This document shows positions 17,031 to 27,381 of a DNA stretch of 64,000 nucleotides, in pieces. The DNA is from Spirochaetales bacterium (GTDB lineage Bacteria; Spirochaetota; Spirochaetia; JABEVK01). Numbering within the stretch: the first letter of the stretch is position 1; every line of letters begins with the position of its first letter. The notes under the pieces were generated by a model that was not told the DNA's origin, did no database searches, and saw only the letters and a program-made list of their open reading frames with translations. The DNA lies in NCBI GenBank assembly GCA_037142615.1, contig JBAXAI010000007.1, positions 80,150 through 144,149 on the forward strand, in the 5' to 3' direction. A program made the position numbers and the translations under genes.

Positions 17031-18566
17031 TTACGGGGCGTTTTTCGAAACGTTGCCGAGGTGCTCTTTTTTTTTGTCCACCTCGGAAGCCTGACTTTCG
17101 AGCTGGACCAACAACGTGTCGAGGTTTTCCAGTTCGCTTTCGGCGCGGTGCAGCAATTCGGTCAACGTGTAGGTGACAAATCCAGACTCCTGAACTGTCC
17201 GGACCAGCAAAGCCTTGGCGTCGCGCACCTCCAAAAAGTCCGCTTTCAGGTGGTGAACAAACCCTTGGCTGAGGCGCAGTTGGGTGGCGAACTGCTCGCC
17301 GTAGGCCTGAAGGAGTTGCTGGGCCTTTTGAAAAAAGGTCAGGGTGACGCGGCTCGACTGGCCCACGTCAGTCTCGATCTTGCGGGTGAGCGCGCTCATT
17401 TCGGTGGCATTGTCGCGCATGGGGCCGAGGGCTTTGTGGCGCGCCACCTGAACCCGCGAAGCCAGATCGACGTTGCGGAACTTAGCCAGGAGGCCATCGA
17501 AGGCCCGCAGCAACTCCACCAACCCCGCGACACTCTTCTGCAGCGGGACGCGCTTGCGGAAAGACGCCTCTCGTTGGCGGTTCGAGTCGGCCACCGAAGC
17601 GACAAAGTGCGCAAACAAGTCGTCGCAGACAGAAAACCAACGGTCGAGTCCCTCTGGTCCCGAGCCGAGGTGGGTCGAAAGCAGCGCCTGCCGCTGTTCT
17701 TCCAAAGTGTCGACTTGCTCTTGAATCTGGCTTAGCGCGGCGCGGCAACGATCGCGGTCGTGCTCCACCTGGCTCGACACCTCGGCCAAAGCCAGCGCGA
17801 CTTCTTCCAGGGTGGCGACCGAAGGCTGCAACCGTTCCAGAAGTTGACGGATGCTCGCCAGGCTCAGGCTAGGCATCGTCCCCTTCGTCCGGGAACTCTC
17901 GGTCAGGTTCGCCCGTTGGCCCACCAAGCGGAGGCCCTCGACGAGCCGAGCCCCGCTGCCTCGCAAACTCTCAAGGGCTTGCGACACGCTCACCCGGAAG
18001 GCTTGCAGGTCAGCTTGGGTCCGCTGGCCCAGCGACTGTAACTCTTCCCGGTAGCTGGCAAACGCGGTGCCCAGCCGGGTTTCGCCGCCAGCGATCTGGT
18101 CGGTCAAGGCCATCGTATCGTTGGAAAGTCCCTTGAGCTCCGTCGTGATTGTAGAAAAGGCGCGGCCTGACTCGCCGGCTTTGACGGCAATCACCATTGC
18201 GTTCAAACTGATCAGCTCCATCAGGATCGAGTCCTCGCGGATGGCATCGATGGAACTTCCCAACTGGGCCAAGGCCTCAACCTGCTCGCCAAGGTTCGAC
18301 AGCAAAATCTCGCCCTCGGTGTGCGAGGCCGCCATTGTTTCGGTGTGATGCTGGATCAAGCCCACCAGCGAGGCCAACTTCGCGGCCAAGGCGTCGCCTT
18401 CCGGTTGGCCGGGGAAACCGTGCGCCAGCCCACCGGTCTCGAGTTCGTGCGCCAGGGCCCCCATCGTGTGCTCCAAACGGGAATACCCCTGCGACACCGA
18501 GGCGGCAAGACCCTCAAGGATTTCCAGAACGGCTTGGCGAGCGGGGTCAGAACCTGAGGGATCCAT
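17031..18566 (-). CDS. Cytoplasmic methyl-accepting chemotaxis-like protein
   Basis: Signalling hairpin ISLNAMVIAVKAGESGRAFSTIT; coiled-coil composition; no TM segment; start chosen at ATG 18566. Confidence 0.75.
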   Translation of the reverse strand: MDPSGSDPARQAVLEILEGLAASVSQGYSRLEHTMGALAHELETGGLAHGFPGQPEGDALAAKLASLVGLIQHHTETMAASHTEGEILLSNLGEQVEALAQLGSSIDAIREDSILMELISLNAMVIAVKAGESGRAFSTITTELKGLSNDTMALTDQIAGGETRLGTAFASYREELQSLGQRTQADLQAFRVSVSQALESLRGSGARLVEGLRLVGQRANLTESSRTKGTMPSLSLASIRQLLERLQPSVATLEEVALALAEVSSQVEHDRDRCRAALSQIQEQVDTLEEQRQALLSTHLGSGPEGLDRWFSVCDDLFAHFVASVADSNRQREASFRKRVPLQKSVAGLVELLRAFDGLLAKFRNVDLASRVQVARHKALGPMRDNATEMSALTRKIETDVGQSSRVTLTFFQKAQQLLQAYGEQFATQLRLSQGFVHHLKADFLEVRDAKALLVRTVQESGFVTYTLTELLHRAESELENLDTLLVQLESQASEVDKKKEHLGNVSKNAP

Positions 18567-18672
18567 CCCAGCATTATCTCTGTAGTGGTAGGCCGGGTCA
18601 AGTTTTCCACCAAAGAGTTGGCACTTGCGTTGTGCATTGGCTTGCCTTAACATTTTTCTTAAGGGGCATGGC

Positions 18673-20835
18673 ATGAAGCTACCGGAGTTGACAGTTTTGT
18701 TCCAAAAACTCCAATCCATTGCGAACAATTGGCAGTCTGGCGACCTAATGCAGATGGCAGCGCTTCAATCTGCCTTCGCGGAATACGTCGGACACCCTGG
18801 TTTTGCCAAAGTTCCCAAAAAAGAACAGAGGGTCTGGATCGAAGTTCAGGATTCGTTGTGGGACCTGCTCAACGACGAAAAGGAAGTCGCATGGCTCGAG
18901 CTTTTGAGGCAAATGCCTTCCCCGGGCCACCATGAACCCGAGCCTGAGCCCGGGCCTGGACCGTTGACCCCGGCACTGGCACCGGCACCTCCCGCAAGCG
19001 TCGAACCAGTACCGTCGGCCGAGGGCGGCTTGTACCCGGCCGGCTACTTCGACCACATCATCCAGGATCCCAAGATGCTGGGCCAGTTGTGCGACGAGGT
19101 CAAAGAGCACATGGACATCGCCCAGTTCACGCTGGTCGACCTTGAATTTGACTCCACCAACCCCGAGACCATCAACAAGATCTTCCGGGCTTTCCACACC
19201 ATCAAGAGTTCGGCCGCCTTCTTGGGCCTGAAGAACCTCGAGGAATCCGCCCACGCCATCGAAGACGTTATGGTGCTGGTGCGCGACGGCGTCATTCCCA
19301 TCAACAAAGAACTGATCAACCTGATCTTTTACGGTGTAGGGCTGCTCAAAGACCTCGTGGGCATCATCGAAAGCTCGAACTTCCAGCTTCCGGTGATGAT
19401 CGAGAGCTTCCGGCAGATCGACATTTACGCCCCCATCGCGGTTTTCAAAAAAATCCACTCCGACCATGGGGCACGCAAGATCGGCCAACTGCTGCAGGAT
19501 TCCGGCCAGCTCGACAAGGCCATGGTGGCCAAGATCCTCGAGACGCAAAGCCAGACCAACCAGAAGTTCGGCGAAATCGCTGTCGAGCAGAAGTTCATCA
19601 GCGAAGAAGACCTGCGCATGTCGCTCAGGCGTCAAACCGTCGTGGCCCGCCGTTCCAGCTTTGTCAAAGTGAGCAACGAAAGGCTCAACAGCCTCATCGA
19701 CATCGTGGGCGAGCTCGTCGTCAACCAGTCGATGTTGCGGGCGTACCTGCAAAACCCCGACAGCGCGCGCGAGACCGGCGAGCGAACCATCACCCAGCTC
19801 GAGAGCATCACCACCAACATCAAGAATCTGGTGCTTTCCATGGGCATGGTTCCCATCGCCGAAATCTTCAACAAACTCCGGGTGGTGATCCGCAACACTG
19901 CCAACGAAACCGGCAAGAGCGTCACGGTTGACTTTCAGGGCGAAGACACCGAGCTCGACCGCAACGTGATCGAGTCGGTGTACGACCCGCTGGTGCACAT
20001 CGTGCGTAATGCCGTCGACCACGGCCTCGAAAACCCCGCCGAGCGCAAGGCAGCCAACAAGGCCGCCGTGGGCAGCATCGTCGTGGCGGCCGACCACAAG
20101 GGCAACAACATCGAGATTTCGGTCAGCGACAACGGCAAAGGCATCGACCAGCCGCGGGTGCTCGCCAAGGCGCTCGAAAACGGCCTGATCACCGAGGCCC
20201 AAGCGGCGGCCATGACCGAAAAAGAAGTCTTCGGCCTGCTGATGCTTCCCGGCTTCAGCACCAAAGAAGCCGTGACCGAGGTCAGTGGCCGCGGTGTGGG
20301 CATGGACGTCGTCAAGCAGAACGTCGAGCAGATCCACGGCAAGGTCGAAATCCAGTCGGTGTTCGGTCAGGGCTCCAAGTTCATCATCCGCATCCCGCTG
20401 ACGTTGGCCATCATCGACGGCTTTGTCACGGTGATCGACGACATCAAGTACATCTTCCCGTTCAACCTGATCGAAGAAATCATCGTCCCCGAAGCCGAAA
20501 ACCTGACGCGGCTCGACAACGGCCAAATCTTGCTGTTCGAACGCGGCCTCTACACGCCGGTGATTCTGGCGGCCGACATTTTTGGCCACCCGGCAAATGA
20601 CAAGGACCGCCGGTTGGTCATCATCATCAGTTACGAGAGCAACCGCTACGGCATCGCCGTCGACTCCATCCTCGGCAAGCAGGAAATTGTCATCAAGACG
20701 CTCAATGAGGCTCTCGAAAACCTCAAGACCTTTTCGGGCGGCACCATCTTCGGCGACGGCAGCATCGGGTTTGTCGTCGACATTGAAAAGTTCATCCTGG
20801 CGGCCCGGGAAGACAGCAAGGGAGGCATTTCGTGA
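18673..20835 (+). CDS. cheA: Chemotaxis histidine kinase CheA with MshEN-like insert
   Basis: Hpt IFRAFHTIKS, HIVRNAVDHG N-box, DNGKGID, SGRGVGMDVV, C-terminal CheW-like domain. Confidence 0.95.
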   Translation: MKLPELTVLFQKLQSIANNWQSGDLMQMAALQSAFAEYVGHPGFAKVPKKEQRVWIEVQDSLWDLLNDEKEVAWLELLRQMPSPGHHEPEPEPGPGPLTPALAPAPPASVEPVPSAEGGLYPAGYFDHIIQDPKMLGQLCDEVKEHMDIAQFTLVDLEFDSTNPETINKIFRAFHTIKSSAAFLGLKNLEESAHAIEDVMVLVRDGVIPINKELINLIFYGVGLLKDLVGIIESSNFQLPVMIESFRQIDIYAPIAVFKKIHSDHGARKIGQLLQDSGQLDKAMVAKILETQSQTNQKFGEIAVEQKFISEEDLRMSLRRQTVVARRSSFVKVSNERLNSLIDIVGELVVNQSMLRAYLQNPDSARETGERTITQLESITTNIKNLVLSMGMVPIAEIFNKLRVVIRNTANETGKSVTVDFQGEDTELDRNVIESVYDPLVHIVRNAVDHGLENPAERKAANKAAVGSIVVAADHKGNNIEISVSDNGKGIDQPRVLAKALENGLITEAQAAAMTEKEVFGLLMLPGFSTKEAVTEVSGRGVGMDVVKQNVEQIHGKVEIQSVFGQGSKFIIRIPLTLAIIDGFVTVIDDIKYIFPFNLIEEIIVPEAENLTRLDNGQILLFERGLYTPVILAADIFGHPANDKDRRLVIIISYESNRYGIAVDSILGKQEIVIKTLNEALENLKTFSGGTIFGDGSIGFVVDIEKFILAAREDSKGGIS

Positions 20836-21197
20836 AAATCCTGGTCGTGGACGACTCGACCGTCGTCCGTACGGTCGTCAAACAAGCCCTGGTGATGGCC
20901 GGCTACACCGACATAGCCGAGGCGGCCGACGGGGTCGAAGCGCTGCAGGTGGCCAAGGCGGCGACCGGTTCCATCGGGCTTTACGTGCTCGACGTGAACA
21001 TGCCCCAGATGGATGGCATCACGCTGGTGGGTGAACTTCGCAAGTTCGACGCCAAGAACCCTATCGTGATGCTCACCACCGAAACCGACAAGGCCAAGAT
21101 GGCCCGGGCGAAAGAGCTCGGAGCCACCGGCTGGATCGTCAAGCCCTTTGACGCCGAGAAGTTCATCGGTGTCGTCAAACTGTTTGTCAAGAAGTAG
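20832..21197 (+). CDS. cheY: Response regulator CheY
   Basis: [28 protein letters not shown]; single domain within the che operon. Confidence 0.93.
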   Translation: MKILVVDDSTVVRTVVKQALVMAGYTDIAEAADGVEALQVAKAATGSIGLYVLDVNMPQMDGITLVGELRKFDAKNPIVMLTTETDKAKMARAKELGATGWIVKPFDAEKFIGVVKLFVKK

Positions 21198-21223
21198 AAG
21201 TTCTCTTTAGTAAGGAGTGCATT

Positions 21224-22879
21224 ATGAAGTTCAGTCTTTCAGCCAAGTTGATTGTTGGGTTTCTGGCCGTCGCGATTCTGACCCTGACGGTCGGTGTCGT
21301 CGGCTTTTTCAGTCTGCAGAGTACCTCGCAGACGATTTCGAGCCTCGGAAAGGAGAGTATTCCTTCCATCGTGGCCATCGAAGAGGTCAAGTCGAGCATG
21401 TTGCAGATCAAAACCATCCTGCGGACACTGACCTCGGCGTACATCAGCGACGAAGACTACAAGCTCCAGATGGACAAGCTGGCCGAGGCTCGCAAAGCCT
21501 ACGCCGAAGATATTGCTGTCTACGACGTGATTGCGCGAACGCCCCAGGAAGACGTGCTTTACAAAGAGCTGATCCGGACCTTGGATATCTCGAAGGCCGA
21601 CAACAACAAATATTTCGACCTTTACGCCAAGTTGAAGGCGGCTAAGACCAAGCCCGAGGACATTTCGCGGCAACTGACCGAACTGGCCAACGGTGGCGAA
21701 ACTTCGGACAGTTTCGATGCGATGATGAAAGCGCTCAACGAGCACATCGCCTTCCTGAATCAGTACTACGGCAAGGACCAAGTAGATGTAGCCATCAACC
21801 TGGCCAACTTCCTGAATATTCTGATGCTCAGCATCTCGGGTGCAGGCGTGCTGATCGCCATGATTCTGGGAATCACCTTGGCCCGCTCGATCTCGCGGCC
21901 CATCACCAAGGTCACCGGCGAACTGCGCGAGGCGTCGAAGGCGCTCGAGTCGGCTTCGCTTCAGGTCAGCTCGTCGAGTCAGGAACTGTCTTCCGGCAGC
22001 AGCGAACTGGCGAGTTCGATCGAGGAGATGACGAGTAGTCTGGAAGAACTGCAGTCGATCATCGAAAGCAACACCAAGAACGTCAACCAGAGCGAACACC
22101 TGATGCAGGAAACTTCGACCGAGAGTCTGAAGGTCACCGAGCGGATGGGTGAGCTGAAAACTCAGTTGGCCGATATCGCCGGCAACTCCAAGAAGATCAG
22201 CAAGATCATCAAGGTCATCGACGACATCGCCTTCCAAACCAACATCCTGGCCCTCAACGCTGCCGTCGAGGCCGCCCGGGCCGGCGACGCGGGCAAGGGC
22301 TTTGCCGTGGTCGCCGACCAGGTGAAGTCGCTAGCCCAAAAGTCGGCCGAAGCCGCCAAGGAAACCGCCGACCTGATCGAAATCGCCATCGACTCCGTGG
22401 CCAAGGGCGAATCGCTGGGCCAGGTGGTGGTCGATGCGCAGGTGATCGCCGTCGACAAGGCAGGCAAAGTGGCTGTGTTGCTCGACGAGGTCAACCGAGC
22501 CAGCAAAGAACAGCTCAAGGGCGCCAACCAGATCAACCAGGCCGTGGGCCAGATCAATTCCATCGTTCAGACCACGGCAGCCAGCAGCGAAGAGAACGCT
22601 GCTGCAGGTGAAGAACTGCTGTCGCAGGCCGAAAGTCTGGCAGGGAACGTCAACCAACTGAACTTCATCATCACCGGCAAGGCGAGCGCCGAGGCTCCTG
22701 TCACCCGCGTGGCAGCCCGTGGCAACCGCACGGCCGCCCGTGGAGCGTCGGCCAACAAGCCGGCACAGGCATCGGCCGGTCAGCTTCCCCAGCCCGGCCA
22801 TCAGGCTCCGCGCCGCGCCGCCACCGAAGTGACCAAGCCCGAAGACGTCATCCCTATGAACGACTTCAAAGACTTTTGA
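21224..22879 (+). CDS. Methyl-accepting chemotaxis protein (4-helix-bundle sensor)
   Basis: Two TMs; [30 protein letters not shown]; C-terminal pentapeptide-like DFKDF. Confidence 0.95.
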   Translation: MKFSLSAKLIVGFLAVAILTLTVGVVGFFSLQSTSQTISSLGKESIPSIVAIEEVKSSMLQIKTILRTLTSAYISDEDYKLQMDKLAEARKAYAEDIAVYDVIARTPQEDVLYKELIRTLDISKADNNKYFDLYAKLKAAKTKPEDISRQLTELANGGETSDSFDAMMKALNEHIAFLNQYYGKDQVDVAINLANFLNILMLSISGAGVLIAMILGITLARSISRPITKVTGELREASKALESASLQVSSSSQELSSGSSELASSIEEMTSSLEELQSIIESNTKNVNQSEHLMQETSTESLKVTERMGELKTQLADIAGNSKKISKIIKVIDDIAFQTNILALNAAVEAARAGDAGKGFAVVADQVKSLAQKSAEAAKETADLIEIAIDSVAKGESLGQVVVDAQVIAVDKAGKVAVLLDEVNRASKEQLKGANQINQAVGQINSIVQTTAASSEENAAAGEELLSQAESLAGNVNQLNFIITGKASAEAPVTRVAARGNRTAARGASANKPAQASAGQLPQPGHQAPRRAATEVTKPEDVIPMNDFKDF

Positions 22880-22889
22880 GGAGGTAACC

Positions 22890-23357
22890 ATGGCCGACAT
22901 CAACAAGTACCTGGTCTTCTCGATCGCTGACGAGCGTTACGGTATCCCGATCACCAAGGTGCGTGAAGTCATCCGGCACGAGCACATTTCGGCGGTCCAC
23001 AACGCCTCGGCTTTTCTCAAGGGAGTGATCAACCTGCGCGGCAAAATCATCCCCATCATCGACATGCGCATGAAGATGGGGATGGAGGAACTGAGCTACA
23101 ACGACCGCACGGTGTTCATCATCGTTGACGTGAACGGTGAGCGCGAGGTGTACAACTTCGGCATCGCGGTCGATTCGGTGCACGACGTTGCCAATATTTC
23201 TGACGACGACATCGAGAAGTTGCCCGATGTCGGCTTCCGGGCGAAAAGCGCGTATCTCCAGGGCATTGCCAAGGTAGCCACCCTGATGGTCATGGTACTG
23301 AACATCGACCGCATCTTGAGCACCGACGAAATCGTTGACCTGACAGGAATTGCCTGA
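22890..23357 (+). CDS. cheW: Chemotaxis coupling protein CheW
   Basis: YGIPITKVREVI, GVINLRGKIIPIID, GIAVDSV. Confidence 0.95.
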   Translation: MADINKYLVFSIADERYGIPITKVREVIRHEHISAVHNASAFLKGVINLRGKIIPIIDMRMKMGMEELSYNDRTVFIIVDVNGEREVYNFGIAVDSVHDVANISDDDIEKLPDVGFRAKSAYLQGIAKVATLMVMVLNIDRILSTDEIVDLTGIA

Positions 23358-23359
23358 CG

Positions 23360-24904
23360 GTGAAGCGCAAGAACCGGCTCGAAACTCTGATCTACCTCGC
23401 TACCCTGCTGGCCCTTGCTACCTTTGAAGCCCTGTTCTTTGTGGTAGTTTCGGCGGACCATTTCTTGTGGGTGGCCCTTTTGTGCCTTGCCATGGACGCC
23501 GTCTTGCTTGCCGTCTTCTTCCAGGCAAGGCGAAGCAATTCGCGGGCCGAGGCCCTCCAGTTCGGCGAGGTCAGCGGCGCCCTGAAGAAGGTCTTGGACC
23601 TGACGAGGACCCAGCACTCGAGCTGGGTCACCATGCTCGACGGTTTGACGACTTTACAGCCGGAAGAACAATTGAACCTCACCTCACTCGGAGAAGTGCT
23701 GGAAGCCGTCGACGACGCCAAGAATCCTCTGGCCCAGACAGCGCAAGGTACGGCGACGATCGAGTCGATGATCGACGCCATCCAGACCTTCATCCTGGTG
23801 GATCAGGGCTTGATGAGCGATCTGGGAAAAGTTCTCAGGTTCTACAGCGAGGCCTACGACAAGTTCCAGCGGGTACGGACCGAGAACGACCTCAATCACT
23901 TCCGTCTCAACGAAACGGTGGATTTTCTCGGCAAGATGGGCACGGCCTCCAGCTCGTACTCCGAAAAGCTTGTTCTCGAGGTGCTTGAGTCTTTCCGCGA
24001 AATTACCCGCTCGACCGAGCAGATCGGCACCGAAGTTGCCGGTACCATGCACCGCTTGATGGACAGCACCAACGAAGAAGGCCTCGACGCGATCAACCAC
24101 CAAAGCGGGACCATCAGCGCCACCATGGACGGGTTCTTCGGCGAGCTCGAGGCTGCCATCTCGTATTCCCGCAAAACGGTTCAGGAAAACCTGGCCCAGA
24201 TCGAGCGGGTCAAGGTGATGGCCGAGGCGATCTCGGAGTTTTCCGAGAGCATCCGCATGATCTCGCTCAACCTGAATATCGAGGCTGCGCGGGTCGGGCA
24301 AAGTGGTTCGTCGGCAGCTGGGCGTGGCTTCAAGGTGCTTGCCACCAAGCTCAGCGAGTTTGCCCTCAAAGCCCAGGAACTCGCCAAACAGCAAACCGAC
24401 ATCATCGCCAGCGCGTCCGAAGTGATCTCGGCCAGTTCGGGCCACGAGACAGAACTCCTCGGTGGTCTGCTGCAGAAGGTTCCTGCGATTCAGGCTCAGT
24501 TGACTCCCTTCCGGGCGATCATCGGTAACGCTTTCGAAAGGTTTGAAGGCGTGGAAAAGGATATGTCCCGGCTGACGGTAGCCATCGATAGCAAACTCAA
24601 GGCGGTCATCGGCCGGCTCCAATTCCAAGACCTGGTGCGTCAGGAACAGGACCACGTGCTGGCGATGTTCTCGCGTGTCCGCGACGAGGCCAGGGGAATC
24701 AGCGACGTGAACAGACCCCTGACCGCCGAGCAGGAAAGTGAGGCCCGGCAAAAGCTTATTTACTTCTTTGAGCGCATGGCATCGACGGAAAACGAATTGG
24801 CGGTCATCCGCGGCTACCGCAAAGCGCACGCACAACAGGAGGGGACCGGTGCAGGCCAAGACAACGATGACGCGGTGTCGGCTGGCTCGGTCAACCTGTT
24901 TTGA
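23360..24904 (+). CDS. Atypical methyl-accepting chemotaxis protein
   Basis: Two N-terminal TMs; ISLNLNIEAARVGQSGSSAAGRGFKVLA hairpin; LQFQDLVRQ near the C-terminus. Confidence 0.8.
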   Translation: MKRKNRLETLIYLATLLALATFEALFFVVVSADHFLWVALLCLAMDAVLLAVFFQARRSNSRAEALQFGEVSGALKKVLDLTRTQHSSWVTMLDGLTTLQPEEQLNLTSLGEVLEAVDDAKNPLAQTAQGTATIESMIDAIQTFILVDQGLMSDLGKVLRFYSEAYDKFQRVRTENDLNHFRLNETVDFLGKMGTASSSYSEKLVLEVLESFREITRSTEQIGTEVAGTMHRLMDSTNEEGLDAINHQSGTISATMDGFFGELEAAISYSRKTVQENLAQIERVKVMAEAISEFSESIRMISLNLNIEAARVGQSGSSAAGRGFKVLATKLSEFALKAQELAKQQTDIIASASEVISASSGHETELLGGLLQKVPAIQAQLTPFRAIIGNAFERFEGVEKDMSRLTVAIDSKLKAVIGRLQFQDLVRQEQDHVLAMFSRVRDEARGISDVNRPLTAEQESEARQKLIYFFERMASTENELAVIRGYRKAHAQQEGTGAGQDNDDAVSAGSVNLF

Positions 24905-25719
24905 GTGACGAGCCCGCCCTATCGGATGCACTTTTTGCCCGACTTTCGGCGCTGCTTTTCCAAAAGACAGGAATTACCCTCAAGGACTACAAAAAATATC
25001 TGGTGGTGAGCCGCTTGGCTCGGTTCGTGGGACCCGACAAGGACTACTCGACCTTTGAGGCCTTGTATCAGGCCCTCACCGTCGATGGCGATGGCGAACT
25101 GACCCAGGGTTTTATCAACGCGCTGACCACCAACTTCAGTTACTTCTTCCGCGACGCCGTCCACTTCACAGTGCTAGAACAGTACCTGCGCGACCGCGCG
25201 CCGAAGCAGGATTACCTGCGACTCTGGAGCGCCGCAAGTTCCACGGGCGAAGAGGCCTACACCATGGCCATTACGCTGGCGCGGTACGCAGGCCCCTTGC
25301 CGAGCGATCGGCGCATTCTGGCGACCGACATTTCAACCAAAGTGCTTGCCGTGGCCGAAAAGGGCGTCTACGGGGCCGAGTCGGCCGAACGCAACCTCGA
25401 CCGACTGACGCGGGCCACCTACTTCGACGCCATCGAGTCAAACAAGATCCGGGTGAAAGACTCCATCAGGCGCATGGTCGACTTTCGCCAGCTGAACTTG
25501 CAGGGCAACTACCCGTTCACCAAGCTGATGGATGTGATCTTTTTGCGAAATGTGATGATCTACTTCGCGCAAGAAGAAAAGGCCCAGATCATCGAACGGA
25601 TGCATGACCACCTGAAGCCCGGCGGACTTCTGTTCATCGGTTTGTCGGAGTCGCTTGCGGGGATTCCCCACCACTTTCGTACTTTCCGCAACTCGACCTT
25701 CCAAAAGGTCAGGCCGTAA
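24901..25719 (+). CDS. cheR: Chemotaxis methyltransferase CheR
   Basis: TTNFSYFFRD, WSAASSTGEEAY, ATDIS, IFLRNVMIYF, IGLSES. Confidence 0.95.
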   Translation: MSDEPALSDALFARLSALLFQKTGITLKDYKKYLVVSRLARFVGPDKDYSTFEALYQALTVDGDGELTQGFINALTTNFSYFFRDAVHFTVLEQYLRDRAPKQDYLRLWSAASSTGEEAYTMAITLARYAGPLPSDRRILATDISTKVLAVAEKGVYGAESAERNLDRLTRATYFDAIESNKIRVKDSIRRMVDFRQLNLQGNYPFTKLMDVIFLRNVMIYFAQEEKAQIIERMHDHLKPGGLLFIGLSESLAGIPHHFRTFRNSTFQKVRP

Positions 25720-26207
25720 TGCATGAAGGCAGCCGGGCCGACTACTTCTTGAACTCTGGCGAACTGCTGTTCAGCTCCGAAGAATGCACGGTCAGGACGA
25801 TTTTGGGTTCGTGTGTCGGGGTGGCTTTGCACGATCCGCACCTACGCGTCGGGGGCCTATGCCACTACCTTCTGCCTACCTCACCCGACGAACCAAGCAG
25901 CACCCGCTACGGCGACGTGGCGCTTCCCTACCTGATCTCGCGTCTGCGTAAAGCAGGTTCCGACCCAAAAAACCTGCGGGCCTGGATCGTGGGGGGTGCC
26001 TTGCTCCTCGACGCCCACGAGATCTTTTTTGTAGGCGACCGCAACGCGGACTATGCCGAAACCTACCTGCGTACCCACAACATTCGGGTCGTCGCCAACG
26101 AAACGAGGGGCTACCTGGGGCGCAAGCTGGTTTTTCACACCTGGAACGGGCACTTGCACGTGGAAACCATTCCCGCGAACTCGACCCGCAACATGCTGAT
26201 CATTTAG
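25719..26207 (+). CDS. cheD: Chemoreceptor glutamine deamidase CheD
   Basis: TILGSCVGV, GGLCHYLLP, VGDRN, GRK motifs. Confidence 0.93.
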   Translation: MHEGSRADYFLNSGELLFSSEECTVRTILGSCVGVALHDPHLRVGGLCHYLLPTSPDEPSSTRYGDVALPYLISRLRKAGSDPKNLRAWIVGGALLLDAHEIFFVGDRNADYAETYLRTHNIRVVANETRGYLGRKLVFHTWNGHLHVETIPANSTRNMLII

Positions 26208-27270
26208 CCGCCAGTTCCACCAGACGCGCCGCGATACGGTCGAGAGGCAGCACGTCCATGGCCGCTCCGAGCTCTACGGCCGCGCGAGGCATGCCCCACA
26301 CGACCGACGAGGCTTCATCTTGCGCGATCGTCTGGGCACCGGCTTTGCGCAACGCCAGCAAACCTTCTGCGCCGTCCTTCCCCATGCCCGTGAGCAGGGC
26401 GGCCACCACGTTGCGCCCAGCTACCTCGGCAGCCGACCAGAACAGGACGTCGGCGGCAGGCCTTTGGAACTGCACACGCTCGGTCGTGGTCAGTTTGGTG
26501 TACAACACGGCCCCCCGGCGCTCGACGGTGAGATGCAGCCCGCCGGGCGCGATGTACACGGTACCATTGGCCAACGGTTCGCCGCTTTCGGCTTCCTTGA
26601 TGTCGAGCGGCGAAAGGCTGTCCAGGCGCTGGGCAAACTGCTTGGTGAAGTTCGGTGGCATGTGCTGAACGATCAGAATAGGCGGCAGGTGGGCCGGCAG
26701 GCGCTGGAACAGGTACTCCAACGCTACGGTTCCGCCGGTCGATGACCCGATGCACAGGATCTTGTCGGTGGTCTTGAAGGTGCGCAGGTGCTGGCCGCTC
26801 TCGAAGCGCGGCGCGGGCTTGTCGGTGTTGAACTTCTGCCGGAAGTCCTGGCGCTTCTGCACGTAGGTGTGCCGCACCTCGTAGGCCTGGCGCACTTTGT
26901 AGGCGATTTCCTGCACGATGTCGCCCACCGAAATGGCCCCTCCAGGCTTGTTCACCACGTCAAAAGCACCGATTTCGAGGGCCTTCATCGCGGCGTGGCG
27001 GTCACTGGTGGTCACCGACGACACGATGATCACAGGAATGGGAAAGAAGGTCATCAGCCGTTCCAAGAAGGTGATGCCATCCATGCGCGGCATTTCGATA
27101 TCGAGGGTGAGCACGTCGGGCTTGAGCGCCAAGATTTTGTCGCGGGCGATGAACGGGTCGGGGGCCACCCCGACCACCTCGATGTCAGAAAACTGCGATA
27201 GCGCTTCGGCAAGCACTTCGCGCACAATGGCCGAATCATCGACGATCAGAACCCGGATCCTGTCTGGCAT
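26200..27270 (-). CDS. cheB: Chemotaxis methylesterase response regulator CheB
   Basis: REC domain (LDIEMPRMDG); IGSSTGG, QHMP, LTGMGKDGA, VWGMP. Confidence 0.95.
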   Translation of the reverse strand: MPDRIRVLIVDDSAIVREVLAEALSQFSDIEVVGVAPDPFIARDKILALKPDVLTLDIEMPRMDGITFLERLMTFFPIPVIIVSSVTTSDRHAAMKALEIGAFDVVNKPGGAISVGDIVQEIAYKVRQAYEVRHTYVQKRQDFRQKFNTDKPAPRFESGQHLRTFKTTDKILCIGSSTGGTVALEYLFQRLPAHLPPILIVQHMPPNFTKQFAQRLDSLSPLDIKEAESGEPLANGTVYIAPGGLHLTVERRGAVLYTKLTTTERVQFQRPAADVLFWSAAEVAGRNVVAALLTGMGKDGAEGLLALRKAGAQTIAQDEASSVVWGMPRAAVELGAAMDVLPLDRIAARLVELAAK

Positions 27271-27381
27271 GCGTTCCACCCTTTTTCAAGCCTAATTCGT
27301 GGTAGCGCAAAACGCAAACGTGAGCCGCAACGTTGCTTCCCGGCGGGTCGGGCAGTATCTTCGTGCACAAGGAATCCAACC

